From Eledone cirrhosa (lineage: Eukaryota): DNA of 64,000 nucleotides. The stretch is from positions 181,102,001-181,166,000 of the forward strand of contig OZ024740.1 of assembly GCA_964016885.1 (NCBI GenBank), in the 5' to 3' direction. The position numbers and the translations under genes were made by a program. Below the pieces are notes generated by a model. The model saw only the letters and a program-made list of their open reading frames with translations, had not been told where the DNA came from and searched no databases. The stretch's first letter is position 1, and each line of letters begins with the position of its first letter. Positions 1 through 16,265 of the stretch are shown here, in pieces.

Positions 1-1
1 T

Positions 2-253
2 TTCTTCTTCTGGTTCTCCTGCAATTTCTGTAATTAGGTATTTACGAGGGAGTATGGGTGCCGTTAGAGAGAGCCATTTCGAATGTGTTTCGACATATTT
101 TTCGCATCTGTACGCTTTCCAGAAATTTTCTTTTCTTATGTTAAGGAATTTTTTCCATGTCTTCCACATTTCTTTTCTTATTCGATGTGTTTTGTTTTCC
201 AAATTTCTTTCGTTTATTTCTGACATCCAAGGGGGTTGTGGTAGGCTTTCTCT
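2..253 (-). CDS. Open frame running off the window edge, probably a transposon-derived ORF fragment of unknown family
   Basis: Manual translation gives 84 stop-free codons of non-low-complexity sequence ([84 protein letters not shown]). It begins at a (TA)n tract and is absent from the ORF track because there is no stop in the window. Confidence 0.4.
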
Positions 254-254
254 G

Positions 255-506
<252 letters not shown>

Positions 507-1460
507 CGCCACCACACACACTCCTTCCAAACCCTCAGAGTTTTAAAGTGTGAAGTTTTGATTATATACCTCACCGCTCAAACAGTATTGAAATAAGTGA
601 GGTATTCAATTTCCTACAATCTGGAGGTGACTTGCATTTTGCATTTGTTTCTGCTTTGGAAAGGAGGATAGTTGTTTGGCTATGGCAGGCACAGACCCTC
701 AAATATAGGGAGATCAGTGTTGTGATTGGGTTCAGGGGGTCAAGAATGTATTCTCTCTACCTCTCGAGGATGCAAATCTCTGAAGAGATGTAAAACACAG
801 AGGCCATTCTGATATCAGGTGTGGAGGAAACGTCTTATCACGAAGTTAGCGTATGGTCTGCAAGTTCACTTAAATTATTCCTGAAGAAACCAATTGACTA
901 TTGATTCTACTCACATGATGAAATATAATAATCTTTCTTGATATTTATAATCACTATTTATATTTTTTTCGGTTTAAGGAACAAGCTTTTTTGGAGCCAA
1001 ATGCAGCTTGTTTTGAAGATCACTTTTTCTCAAGGTAATGTAGATGTAACATGGTGTCTTGCATATATGTTGATGAAGCTTCAGTACTCAAAATTAATCG
1101 TAGTCGTTAATACAATTGAGAGATGTAGATCATTGATGTATAAAAGAAAAATCATTTTAGAAGAAAAGTAAAAGTGGAGTATATGAGACCAGGAGAGTGT
1201 ATGTATGTATCTATGAATGTATGAATGTAAGTATACATATCAATATATGTGTGTATGTATGCTTTTGAGTGTGTGTCTATATATACATATATATATACAT
1301 ACACACACACGCACACACACACACATATATATATATATATTGTTATACTTGGGGAGGGTGTGTATGTGTGGGTGTGGATGTGTGTGTGTGTGTTTGTGTG
1401 TGAGTGAGTAATAAAATGAAGATGTGTGAATGCGAATAAAACCGTATCTCTCATTCATTA

Positions 1461-1531
<71 letters not shown>

Positions 1532-3499
1532 AAATGAGCATTCATATTCAAACCCTTCGGTGTTATGTGTTGAGCCAAGCTCATTTCTCTCTATCCTAAT
1601 ATGAAACCTGACTGTAGGTTACTATGCACAGGCCGATATTGTATCGAATACATAGGTACCAAAACCTTTAATCATATAACTGCATTAATATTGATATGCC
1701 GTAAGAATTGGACGAAATGATCAGGGGTTTTCAATTGTAGATAAATATATATTACAACAGAGTGTTTAAGGTATAACTTAATATAGGCAGTAATTTATAG
1801 TTAATATTAAATGCTTGCTGCACACGATAATTAATTCTAATATTATTTTTTTGTTATTTGTTCTTCCCAGGAAAATTTCTATTTCTTGAAGTTTACCAAT
1901 AATGTACAACTATCAAACACATTTATTCTAAAACTAATTCTAAGGCGTAAAACAAATTTTAGAATAAACCATTTTTAAAAGTGACAGAAATTTTAAAATT
2001 ATAACATATTTTCCCATTATCCGTAAAATGCAGAATATTTGTTGAAAAAGTGAGTAGAAAATTAAGATAATTTGAGATAAGAATATCTAATTAACTTTTG
2101 TGACATATTGCGAATACTTTCTTATCTCCCTAAAAGTGCCTATTAAACAATACCAAATAATATAATATATTATTCAAGTCAAAATACTAATTACGAAATA
2201 AATTATCAAAGTAATATCTCTGTTGACATCTATATACACCATAATCCATTTGGGAGTATATATATATATATATATGTACACACACACACATATATATATA
2301 TATATACATATATGTATGCGTGTGTGTGTATGTGTGTGTATGTATGTATATATGTATATGTATGTAGCGCTTTTCTTCCGTCTATGAACATATAATACAA
2401 TATTATATATATATATATATATATTTGAAGGCATGTATGCCTACGTCTAACTTGCTTATCATGTAATACATATCTTCATTGTGTTAATATTTTCGATATG
2501 CTATTAAGGTAAAATAATGTTATCTAATAATTGATAATGAAGTGATGTAAAGACCTATAGCTAATTACACCATACTCCTACTCAAATTGTCAATTTGTTT
2601 AGAACGAAAATTGTATATCAAGAACGAGCTTAATACAACCGGGAATGTGGATAAAACATTAAAATGTAAAAGTAAATACAGGAATTCAAGATCAACTCCA
2701 TATTAAATTGATTTTTAACAGAAACAACTCATTGTGTTATACTTGAACCATCCTATAATAGGCATACTTGTTATGTGGAGTTATTTGATATTTATTTGGA
2801 AAATTCAATTCAGATAATGACATGTTCTTTTAAACGGAAAATAAATGTTTATATGCATCTATTGGGCTGGGCATAAACCATGTCATGAATATAGCAGTTG
2901 GTGTATGAATAATTTCTTAAATAAAACAAATGAACTATGAGAACGAAACAATTATTCCATGATGTGATAGATATTTTCTTTCCAGCTTATTAACATAGGC
3001 CGTGATTCACAGTATATTTAGACATACACCTGTACCAGTAATCTGTTAGGTGTATTTTATATGAAATATAAACAGCTTATAATTCATACCGAGCTTTCTG
3101 TATAGAACATTAACATTTAAACCTGCCATATCCGGCCAAAATTCTCTCACCTCTTTCTGTTCAAACCGTCTGTAACTGACCACTCATACCTACATTAAGG
3201 TATTATTCTCAAAATAAATAACATCAAAATCTCGTAGATTCGATTTTATGTGAGATAATTATGTAAGATAAAGCTTTTACCGGGAAAATAAAGATTAAAT
3301 AGAAAATTGAGTATTTCACTGAACATAACATCTGGAGCATAAAATACAGTATAGATAGGAAATTGATTCATCCACTCTATAAAGCATAACATGTGGACCT
3401 TATAGAGTGAACATTACTGCTATTATGAAGTAGGATATATAACATTTCATGTTCCAGGTAGAATATCAATGTAAAACTCTTTATCACTAATAAATATAC

Positions 3500-4130
3500 G
3501 AATGAATGCGCAAGATAACGTTTCGTCTAGATAGTTTCTCTCTACAAAATTCTACTCATAAGCTATACGTTAGTCAATGGTGCAATGTCGTCCCTTCCAA
3601 TCCACCCATTTCTATGTCAGGTGGTCAGTGCCAACATGTGCATTTAAGTCTTTCAACAGGATATTTTTATAGGTCTTAATTACATCTAACGCCTCAGTGA
3701 CTTCAAGAAGGAAGGTTCTGTATTCGAACTCTTTGTTTGGTGCATAAACTTGCACCACCCAGAGAGACATATGTTTTAGCCTGAGATTCAAATGAAAATG
3801 CTTCCTCTGAATGGGATCCATAACACATTCTGACAAACGGTGCCTTCTGAGTATTACCACTCACGCATGTTCAGTCAATTCTGGCACCACACCTCTATAG
3901 TAGAGTTTCTATCCTCCATTTAAATCTACAGAACAAGAGAAATTGAACTATGTTGGGAAACCCCGACTCTAACTAGCCGGTAGTATCTAGCCTCCCTCCT
4001 CTAATTCCTGCTCCTTACCTGTATGGCTGGTTGGTGTATTCAAGATTCCAATTGTCAATTATTGGTTCCATTTCTTTGAGGTTTCGTGATACGCAATATT
4101 TGTGCGCCCATACCACGTCTCCCAGAATTG
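3500..4130 (-). mobile_element. Degenerate LINE (RTE-like) apurinic endonuclease N-terminal part, inverted
   Basis: ORF 3612..3860 contains VVQVYAPN and DLNAHVG, which are APE-endonuclease motifs. Stops and frameshifts are present. Boundaries approximate. Confidence 0.75.
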
Positions 4131-4239
4131 GTCACTGGCTCAGCACCAGTCTTGTCGCGTGAAATGAAGTCTACAATATATTTTCCGAACAGGCACATCT
4201 ACTTAAAGCCTAAACGCGTCACTTTTTTAACCGCATCTC

Positions 4240-5245
4240 CCATGGTATCGATCCATAAATATACCTGGTGTAAGGGGACAGAAATCAATAATTTTTTTAT
4301 TGTCTCTGATCTATTTGATTCTGCGAAAAATGTTCCTGTTGAGAGATGGGTTGAGCTGTCATATGATTAATATCTAGATATCTGCATCTTGAAATGACAT
4401 AAAGCCAAACAAACCCACAAAACTGACAGGTACATGGCGAATAGAGGGAAAAAAAGTGTTTGTTGATAAGGATGTCAGGACTAGGTATACCCATATTGCA
4501 TCCAAATTCAGATTATTCCCTGATTAAGCTGAGGGGGTTGGGATACATTGGAAATGATTCAGGTCAGCAGTTTTTGCTTCACTTCTTAAATGACACGAGC
4601 AAAAGAAAATTGGTGTACCACCGGTTGGCATGAGAAGCACTTGGTTAAATCAAGAGCTCAAAGATTCCATCTGACCAAAGAAAGAAACCTAAACTTGGTT
4701 TTAAAAACGCCTCCCTTCTTGCACTTGCGGTACAAGCAAGAGGAATCGCAGCAGAGACAGTAAAGGCGTCCACATTTAAGACACAAATCAGCATCAGCAA
4801 ATAACATTTTCCAGCAGATCATCCACCGAGTTAGTAATATGTAATCCTCCGCCACACCTGCTATATAGAATGCGTCCCGGGTTCTCCTGTTATCGTAGAA
4901 CTCCGTCTACGCGAGCTGGTAAGAATAATTTGCTTAGATCTAAAATCGAACACAAAAGCATCTTCTGATGTCCATGAGGATTAAACTATCGGAGGTTGGG
5001 GTTACAAAAGCTATTATAGAGCTGATGGTTGGCAAGGCCGCTAGATAATTTGTAATCCGACAAGAGTATTTAAAAGCTTTAAATAGAGAACGTATTCTCT
5101 GATCGATTCATGTGGGCTTGATGACCTGGATCTCTAACCAATTGGAATCTTGAGTGATAATCCGAATCTTCAAAAAGGCAGATAATAGATGGAACACATT
5201 TTTACTCATCGCCGGTAAAGTCTATACTGTGTGTCTGGCAAATTG
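4240..5245 (+). mobile_element. Degenerate LINE (RTE-like) endonuclease C-terminus through pre-RT region
   Basis: HKYTW...FFIVSDL...V.R..ELS.D motif in ORF 4086..4370, followed by decayed pre-RT sequence (..IRQEYLKALN.. near 5055-5085). Boundaries approximate. Confidence 0.65.
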
Positions 5246-5302
5246 ATCTAGGGAGATTTTTCAGACTTTTTGAGGCCTCTTAAACCACGACCCGCTATCC
5301 AA

Positions 5303-5334
5303 AAGAAGAAGAAGAAGAAGAAGAAGAAGAAGAA

Positions 5335-5391
<57 letters not shown>

Positions 5392-5400
5392 GATGATGAT

Positions 5401-5432
<32 letters not shown>

Positions 5433-5437
5433 TGATG
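5303..5437. repeat. Compound trinucleotide microsatellite (AAG)n(GAT)n(GAC)n
   Basis: Read directly from the sequence. Confidence 0.97.
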
Positions 5438-8019
5438 CGATGCTACGCTATTCGGATCTAACTTTGAAATGCATTCTTCTAAGAGAATTTCAACGAGTAA
5501 GCATTTTAACATTCGTTGTATTGCTTTATATTTTTAAATAGAGAATAGCAAAAATAATTCTGTAGTCTTATGTGTGCAATGCGTGACTAACCTTTAAAAA
5601 AGCTGACACGTTTTGAGCTATAATCTTCATAGTAACACTAATTATATTTGATCAGGAGAAGCAAATTCGTATAAATTTAATTAAGTGTTAATCATTCTTA
5701 AAGGCATAGAGATAATCAGTAATAACCATATATAGTCGCTATATTATGAGGGGAATTGACGTGTTCCGCATCAGTAAATGTCAATTTATTTCAACCAATT
5801 ACTGTGTTATGTTTGTGAACTGAAATTTAATAGTTAACTGTAAAAATGCATGACATAGTGATTGTTTTTTTTCTGTTTTCGATTATAACGCTATGAGTTC
5901 GATTCCTTTTGATGTTTTGCGCCCTTGAGCAATGAAGTCAGTTGCATGTTTCCGCAGTTCTCCTTGCTGGTTAAGATGAGATATTCCTGAAAGTGAAAGG
6001 AGTAACCTTGTCACACCCTGTGTCACAATATATGCCCCTGAAAACTACGCTAATGTTATTCCAATCAAATTGCACCTTAATTTTCTTCGAATGCTGTTAA
6101 GTTGATCGCTTCAACTGTATCATTCATTATCGAAATTTTAGTGGTCTACATACAGCAGCAGTTAACAAGTTAACATGTATACATATGGCAAACAGATTGT
6201 AATGCTATCGGACGAGTGATTAATGCGAATATGAACTGTAAATCATTGCATTCTGTTATGATTATATTCTTCGCTTAAATCTCTTGCACTACACATGACT
6301 TTTCATAATTATAGAGAAGAAATCTAGAAAGAAAATCATTGTCTTCTAACCGCTATGTTTGTGGATGTTTCGCTAAAGGTCAGTCCCTATTTGCGCATTT
6401 TACACGTATCACTGTTTTACGGACACTAGCCAAGTTAACTGAAATACTTCTACACATCAAGCATGTGCGCGTCTTTAATCATAGATGTACTCTAACAAAC
6501 AAAAACAAAAATCTGTATCCCTGTAGATTTCGTTTGAATTATTCTTCTATATGGTTGCAGAACATGACCAATAATAGAGACAAATATGAGGTTTAATCAA
6601 TTTTGCCGTCATCGATTACTAAATATTAATGCTTTGGATTGTGTCAAGCTACAACATTCATCGTTACTGCAGGAGCAATTTTGTCCAACTACTCCTACAC
6701 AAATTCTGTCTCGGTTAACTTGGCAATTGTGATAGAGCCCTCCACTTATGGGGAACAAGCCGATCTTGACAGTTGTATATCTTGTCCGCGTATGATTTAC
6801 ACATTTTGAATTGTGACAGGGAGACAATATTCGCGTGAGATATCCGCAATTATCTTGATTGGGTTGCCTTGTTTGCTACGCCGTAGATTAACTTACTGGA
6901 GCCGGCTCACCCTATCACGGATGATCAACAACAAGTATCAACAATTTAAAAACAAGAACATCCATTATAAATTCCACAAGCCTAAACGTACAAATTCCCT
7001 AGCAATTTCAACAAGACATCGCTCTGAACTGGCACATTTTATTAGCACTCTGAAAGGATTAAATACATAACTGACCTCGGTGAATATATACTCATATTGC
7101 AGAGAACTAGAACATACAACGTAATTATTTTTATCCTGCGCTGTGACGATTTTAGTAATGCACCACCAATAACTAATATAATTGGAAATATTTTGGAATG
7201 CCACAGAGAGAAGAATAGATATATTGAAGAATTAGATTGTATCTCAGTTATATTTCCCTATACAGATTTTATTCATAAGTTTCATACTTATGAAATTCTG
7301 TATTTCTGTAAGAAATAATATAAACGGATTGCGAAGTCATTCCTGTAAAATATTCTCATTCATACCAGATAAACTTGTAAATTATTTATCAATGCAGTAA
7401 TAGCTAATAAAATAAATACAGTGCTTCTTTGTTCTTGATACGTATGTTGTATACAGAGAATCATTATCGTTCATGTTTATGCATTGCAGTACGTTGCTAT
7501 TTTAGAATAAATAAATTTCGAGAATCTCATTGTACTTATTTCACTTATAATCCATTTGAGAAGGTTACATAATTCTATATGCTATTACCTGTGAATTTGA
7601 GACGGCGTGTCTTCAAGGAAGAGCAAATTGCTTTGTATTGCATGAAAAGAAAAACAATTTCACGTTTATAGATTTTGCTTTATTTTTACAATGGATTAAT
7701 GTACGCTAAAATTCATAATTTACGAATGAAATAATTCGAATCGAACACCAATATATCAAAAAATAATGTTATTATCGACTCCAATACAATCATTCAAATT
7801 AGCCTGATCCCTACAGCACAAGAAACCATTCATGGCGCTATTCGCCCACTACTAGTTCACTAGTTGGTAGTCAATCGGAGCTATGAGACTGTTGGTAATT
7901 GTGATAGTCGACAACTTCCCCGTTCCCTTTGATATTTTAGGCATATACATCTATTTGTTGCTATAAATTTATTCAGATATTCACTATTCATATTTGTTGT
8001 ACCATGAAAACTGCATTTC

Positions 8020-8420
8020 TCTGTAGCTTTGTCACCAATATGCATATTCGACAATGTTTTCTTTAACCAGAGAATTGTTTCACTTAACATATGAATCAGA
8101 CAGCGAATGAACAAAAAGCAAGCAACACAACCTAGATGCTACGAGTGGTCGTTCTTTGCAATCATAGACGTCTGTAATGTGTATACACTCACTTTTTAAA
8201 AAATGTTGGCATCTCCTCAAGTTATCTCAGAGATGAAGACACTTGATGAAGAATATGAACACTTTGTCAGTGCACGCAAGAACACTGCTGCTGGGTACTT
8301 TCTGATCAAGTCAATTATCAAATGTACGTTGGTTCTGAAGTAAACATGGATGATAGGGAAATGAGCATGTATTTAAACAGCATCTGAACGTAAGAGGAAC
8401 AAATTAACTGATTCTAACTT
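8020..8420 (+). mobile_element. Highly decayed LINE (RTE-like) fragment
   Basis: Fragmentary translations resemble the post-endonuclease region (QRIVS, YEWS, YEHFVSA). Many disruptions. Confidence 0.3.
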
Positions 8421-10656
8421 CTAAAGAGAGTGTCCTGTTTTTCCTCAGTTAACTGATTGAATGTTAGCATCAAATATGGTTATCTACAGAAAGCACAAAT
8501 ACACAGAAATATATATGACACTAGAAAACATAGAACAACGGCATACTGTTGCTCTCTATCATATTCAATTTAGCACTGCATGACGAATTATGTTCATTGA
8601 CAGCTATACAGAAACATGTTTTCCTACATTGATATAAACAGGGGTCACACCGTTAAATATTGAAGAATGTTTCTTAATATATATTTTAATGGGAATGCCA
8701 AATTTCGATTTTATTACATTGTAGGTTATCTACTGCATAATCACCGTGTTGCACAGCCTGCATTTACTGCATTTACTATAGAAGATATACCACCAATGGT
8801 GTGAATCCAGAACTTCTTTTATTGGATGACTAAAGTTTCAAAGAATAGTCGTAGGCTAATTTTAATCTATAACTGGCCCTAATGTTCATACATCTATATC
8901 CAATCATATTTTAAATGTATTGAATGCTGCTTAAATTAATATTTCAATTTTATATTCCCCAACGTATAAGAAAATCTCAGTTGAATCAGAAATTATGTGA
9001 AGAAAAATAGCTTATTCTCCCATAATATTCAACTAGGCTTCAGATCGACAATTCCTTAAAATATATTTGTGGTGCATAATTATTGCGTTGTAAAGGACAC
9101 TTCGAAATGTATCGATAGTTCGAAAGCTATCTAATCACTTAAATGTATCAAACGTAATCTGATCGCATAATATAAGTATTTATTACTTCAACCAGAGAAC
9201 TGCTTTCAAGCATTAATGAATTGGATATAGAGCCAAGTGTGAAACTATAACAAGGCAGAAAAATAGCAATAAAACTTAAATAGTGTCTACTAAAATTGTT
9301 ATATTAGTAGCAAATGTAATCCGATGTACACATGAATGAATTTAATGGCTATAGACAAGAATGAGAGACCTAAAATATCTATAGCAAGAACAGACGTAAT
9401 GACAATCAATACAAGTTGATGTCTGGTTACTCTTGTTTTACAATAATTCTTTTGCAGTCAATGCATTGTAAAATTATTTTCACCGAGAGAAGGTTTATGT
9501 TTATAATATATTTATATTATCGCATTTATATCAGAAGTGTTGTTAACTTACACTAACATTTCAGATACTAGGTTTTGTGATTTGTTTTGCAAACAGTGTC
9601 TATGACTATGTAATATAAATTTAGCTACCTAAAATGTTCCTATTGAATTCGGCATTTCTATTGTTTTAAGAATTTACTGAATCGACACTTGTAAATATAT
9701 AGAATATCGCTCTTGATTGTTGATATAATTTCGTTTGTATAATAGTGATGTCTGTGACGACATATTTAATGTTAGTCAGTAGTTATAAACTAAGTATTTT
9801 AATACCCACGGTGAGAAGAATTAATCACTTTTACTTAATCAGGAGTTATTCCTGTAATTTCAATTAATTACAAGTAAATAATAATTGGAATTTATGATAT
9901 TCATTAAAGAGTGAATTTGATTTGGGCAGTAAACCCACAGTGTGATTCTCTTGACCTTCTGAAGAATTCCTAAACTGGGGCAGACCTGTCGTTAATATAG
10001 TATATTTCACATCTTAAGCAATAATCAATGTGACAATAGTTGAGGTATATACTACGTTTGCCCACTCTTTTTATTTGACTATAGTTACATTTGTATACGT
10101 AATAAGGATTCATATATATCTTACACAGATTGAACACCAACAGTAATATATTCTCTATAGCCATCTCTATAATATATATATAGATTGGTACCTACGGCAC
10201 TTGCATATACAGGATATTCTTCGTGAGATTGCCGTATGTATAGTTTGTGAAAACTTTATTACATTTACAAAGACTGTTTCAATTTATACTTTACCGTAAA
10301 TGTCCATCGTTAATTTAATTAATTGAAATATTATCATATTGTTTGTCATATAGTATGTTCCCAGATTTAATAGCTGCATTATTAATTAAGACTTATTCGT
10401 TTACATGATCAACTATAAGATGGATATTATAAAATATTAAGATTTGATTTCAATAAAATCAACACTGTTGCCTGTGAAACTATGTGCGTTCTTGTTTGTA
10501 TATATCTGACTGAGAGGGTAACCCAGTCTTTCCAAATATCTCTTCCTTCCAATATTTCACTCGCTCTCATAGTCTCTTTCTCCTATACATTATCATTCAG
10601 ACCTTTTCAAAATCTTCTTTACCCAGTTTACCCAACCATCGTTCTTCTATTTACAT

Positions 10657-10662
<6 letters not shown>

Positions 10663-10746
<84 letters not shown>
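10663..10746. repeat. (TA)n microsatellite
   Basis: Read directly from the sequence. Confidence 0.97.
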
Positions 10747-10749
<3 letters not shown>

Positions 10750-10777
10750 TGAAATCATGGGATGCTGCGTTGTTGCG

Positions 10778-12700
<1,923 letters not shown>

Positions 12701-12739
12701 CTGGCTTCTTTTTTTATGTGTGGATGTTGCTTCCTCTGT

Positions 12740-13620
12740 TACCACACTTCAGTGACGAAACAACAACAGCCATCCGCAGAGCTATCAGACGAGAGGGACA
12801 AGATAGCCCACTCAGGACCTTCTCTACGCTGACAGCTAACCAAAAGACACTCCACCAGACATGACAGACGCTGCAGGCTAACCAACTGCCCTATCAAACG
12901 ACTCAAACCTTTGCCACCAGGCTTACGTCGTATACAGACTAGAGTGCAACGAATGCAACAATTTCTACGTAGGTAGCACCACCAGACCACTCCACATAAT
13001 AATAAAAGTACCCCTCAATGCTAACGCTTCCTTATTTATGAAATACCTAGTCAAATGCAAAAACACCGACAAAACTATAACAGGTAGGATAGAAACTAGG
13101 GAAAGAAACCTCGGCAATCTTAGAATTAAGGAAGCACTAATTATTGACAAAACACAAACACCAATCAGTAATAGACAAGAATTCAACACCCAATTTATAA
13201 CTTAATAGAGCGCTAGCCCCATACTTACACCCAAAACCCACACACACGCACACACACACATACAAAGACCCGTTCTAACACGAGGGAGCATCTATCACCC
13301 ACATTTACGTATAGACATATATTCTCACACTCACACACACACACACACACACACATACTTACACCTTCACGTATTCTCCCACACACTTAAACATACATGT
13401 ACAAAACCCCTTTTAAAGGGAGACTACTCTTGATCCACCTAACCTTAACTCTCTGACATTAGAGATAGAACAGATACTCTATACAATTTCCTGTCAGCAT
13501 GACTTGGCAAGCTATTTAGAACACTGGTTTAAACGCTTTACTCCCCTCCGAAGAAGAGATATTATCTCGAAAATTAAGGACATTTAAATAAATTTAAGGT
13601 AAAAGACTAATTGTCAACAA
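12740..13620 (+). mobile_element. Second, diverged copy of the same Penelope-like 3' region with 3' UTR/pLTR
   Basis: Reverse complement of ~11830..12465 with many substitutions (AYVVYRLEC...FYVGSTTRPLH). Ends with an HHR-like motif and AATAAA. Confidence 0.85.
13545..13579 (+). ncRNA. Degenerate minimal type I hammerhead (U4->C)
   Basis: cct CCGAAGA a-gagat-att-atctc GAAA at TA agg, at the 3' end of a PLE. Confidence 0.5.
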
Positions 13621-13840
13621 TATCTTTTGCATTTGCATTTTTATTCTATGTCCATACATGCTTTGTTTTGGCTTTACAAATACAAACGTTTATACCTTAT
13701 TACACAATGCTTCAAGTGAACTATACCTTCCATATATTTATATATATATATAGTAATAATATTTAAAGACTAAAATCCAAAGAGTGCTCGATAAGGATAA
13801 ATATATAACAAATATATAAGAACCGTAGAGCAAATATTTA

Positions 13841-13979
13841 TTAAAATAACAGATTAAAGTTGAAGCAAAGAATCGTTGCTTTCACCATTAAGGGGATCTT
13901 CTGAAGGTAGTTAGTGTCAGAAGATCCCGTTAAGGATGAAAGCAGCGATTCTTTGTTTAAACTTTTATCTGTTATTATA
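13841..13979. mobile_element. Short palindromic MITE-like element (family A)
   Basis: Arms ...aagcaaagaatcgttgctttcacc...gatcttctga / tcagaagatc...gaaagcagcgattctttgttt... Other copies at 15713 and 32281. Confidence 0.85.
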
Positions 13980-13983
13980 ATAA

Positions 13984-13984
<1 letters not shown>

Positions 13985-14082
<98 letters not shown>

Positions 14083-14084
14083 TA

Positions 14085-14179
<95 letters not shown>
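13985..14179. repeat. (TA)n microsatellite
   Basis: Read directly from the sequence. Confidence 0.97.
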
Positions 14180-14181
<2 letters not shown>

Positions 14182-14368
14182 GATATTAAACAAATGGAAA
14201 CTATATTTATAAAACCATATTTATTTCATTATACATATTTCAGGGATACCATATTAAAAATATGGCATGCCTTCTTCAGATAAAATACAATATATGAGCA
14301 GTTTTATATGTATAGTGAAATAAATATGGTTTTATAAATATAGTTTCCACTTGTTTAATATCGTATAT
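14176..14368. mobile_element. Small inverted-repeat element enclosing a hammerhead
   Basis: About 60-bp inverted arms (acgatattaaacaaatggaaac... / ...gtttccacttgtttaatatcgt). Confidence 0.8.
14222..14287 (-). ncRNA. Type I hammerhead ribozyme
   Basis: Minus strand: tattttat CTGAAGA aggcatgccatatt-ttt-aatatggtatccct GAAA tatgta TA|atgaaata. Stem I is 8 bp with one G-U, stem II about 13 bp, and AATAAA follows. Confidence 0.8.
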
Positions 14369-14449
14369 CTACTCCAAAACTTGTTGCGTGCTTTATATCA
14401 GTTACAAAATATTTACTTGTTGTAACCCAAAAATTTTAAATAAAACTTT

Positions 14450-14831
<382 letters not shown>

Positions 14832-14868
14832 ATATATAAGATCAAAAGATGGTTAAAAGAGTTCCATG

Positions 14869-14939
14869 TATTTTATTATGCGCATTTCAAAAACAAATAT
14901 CATCATGCAATAATATTTGTGTTTTCATCAGATAAAATA
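14869..14939 (-). ncRNA. Type I hammerhead ribozyme
   Basis: Reverse complement of the 15058 motif. Core CTGATGA/GAAA/TA intact. Confidence 0.85.
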
Positions 14940-15057
14940 GGAAAACATCATATGAAGGTTAAAACACACTTGTGAATAGTGTAGTTTTAAATCAACATAT
15001 GTTGATTTAAAACTGCACTATTCACAAGTGTTTTTTAACCTTCATATCATGTCTTCC

Positions 15058-15128
15058 TATTTTATCTGATGAAAACACAAATACTATTGCATGATGATAT
15101 TTGTTTTTGAAATGCGCATAATAAAATA
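15058..15128 (+). ncRNA. Type I hammerhead ribozyme
   Basis: tattttat CTGATGA aaacacaaata...tatttgttttt GAAA tgcgca TA|ataaaata. Perfect 8-bp stem I and palindromic stem III. Predicted cleavage after 15120. Confidence 0.88.
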
Positions 15129-15254
15129 CATGGAACTCTTTTAACCATCTTTTGATCTTATATATTATGTATACTCCAGTCCTACAAACTGTAGAGTGCT
15201 TCTTTTCCGATATCTGCATTGCTTTAATGTACTACAATAAAACTCACCTCCTAC

Positions 15255-15704
<450 letters not shown>

Positions 15705-15712
15705 TTACATTT

Positions 15713-15838
15713 ATTAAAATAAAGTTTAAGCAAAGAATCGCTGCTTTCACCTTAACGGGATCTTCTGAAACTAACTCGCTTCAGAAGATCCCGTTAAGGG
15801 TGAAAGCAGCGATTCGTTGCTTAAACTTTAATCTGTTA
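15713..15838. mobile_element. Short palindromic MITE-like element (family A)
   Basis: Homologous to 13841..13979 and flanked by TA tracts. Confidence 0.85.
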
Positions 15839-15873
15839 TATATATACACACACACACGCACACGCACACATAT

Positions 15874-15941
<68 letters not shown>

Positions 15942-16136
15942 GTATATATATATACATATACATATATATATATGTGTGTGTAAAAGTTAAACAGAAATAA
16001 CAACACAAACGGTTCAGTATATGGATGGGATATATTAGGTTCATGCTTGATATAGCGAGAAGAGGGTCTTAACGTTTCGTCAGAAAAATAATGAGAAATA
16101 AGATAGATTGAGGGACGGGCGCGTTGCGTTTGAAAA

Positions 16137-16182
<46 letters not shown>

Positions 16183-16265
16183 TCGGTATACAACGATGCA
16201 ATTTACTTCTAGCACCCAACGTCATATTAGTTCCTAAAAATAAGGACGACGGAGTATATCAATAA

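Larger units (their letters stand above)
14826..15171. mobile_element. Spacer-less ~345-bp palindrome with one hammerhead per arm
   Basis: Centre at 14998/14999 (caacat|atgttg). The arms differ at only a handful of positions. Confidence 0.92.

Noticed and set aside
775-840. CTGAAGA...GAAAcgTC hammerhead-like motif
   Set aside because: Stem I partners (aatct vs ttatc) do not pair and stem II is unconvincing. At best a decayed relic.
6600-7070. Slightly GC-richer stretch with short ORFs as a host exon
   Set aside because: No recognisable domain or convincing splice sites.
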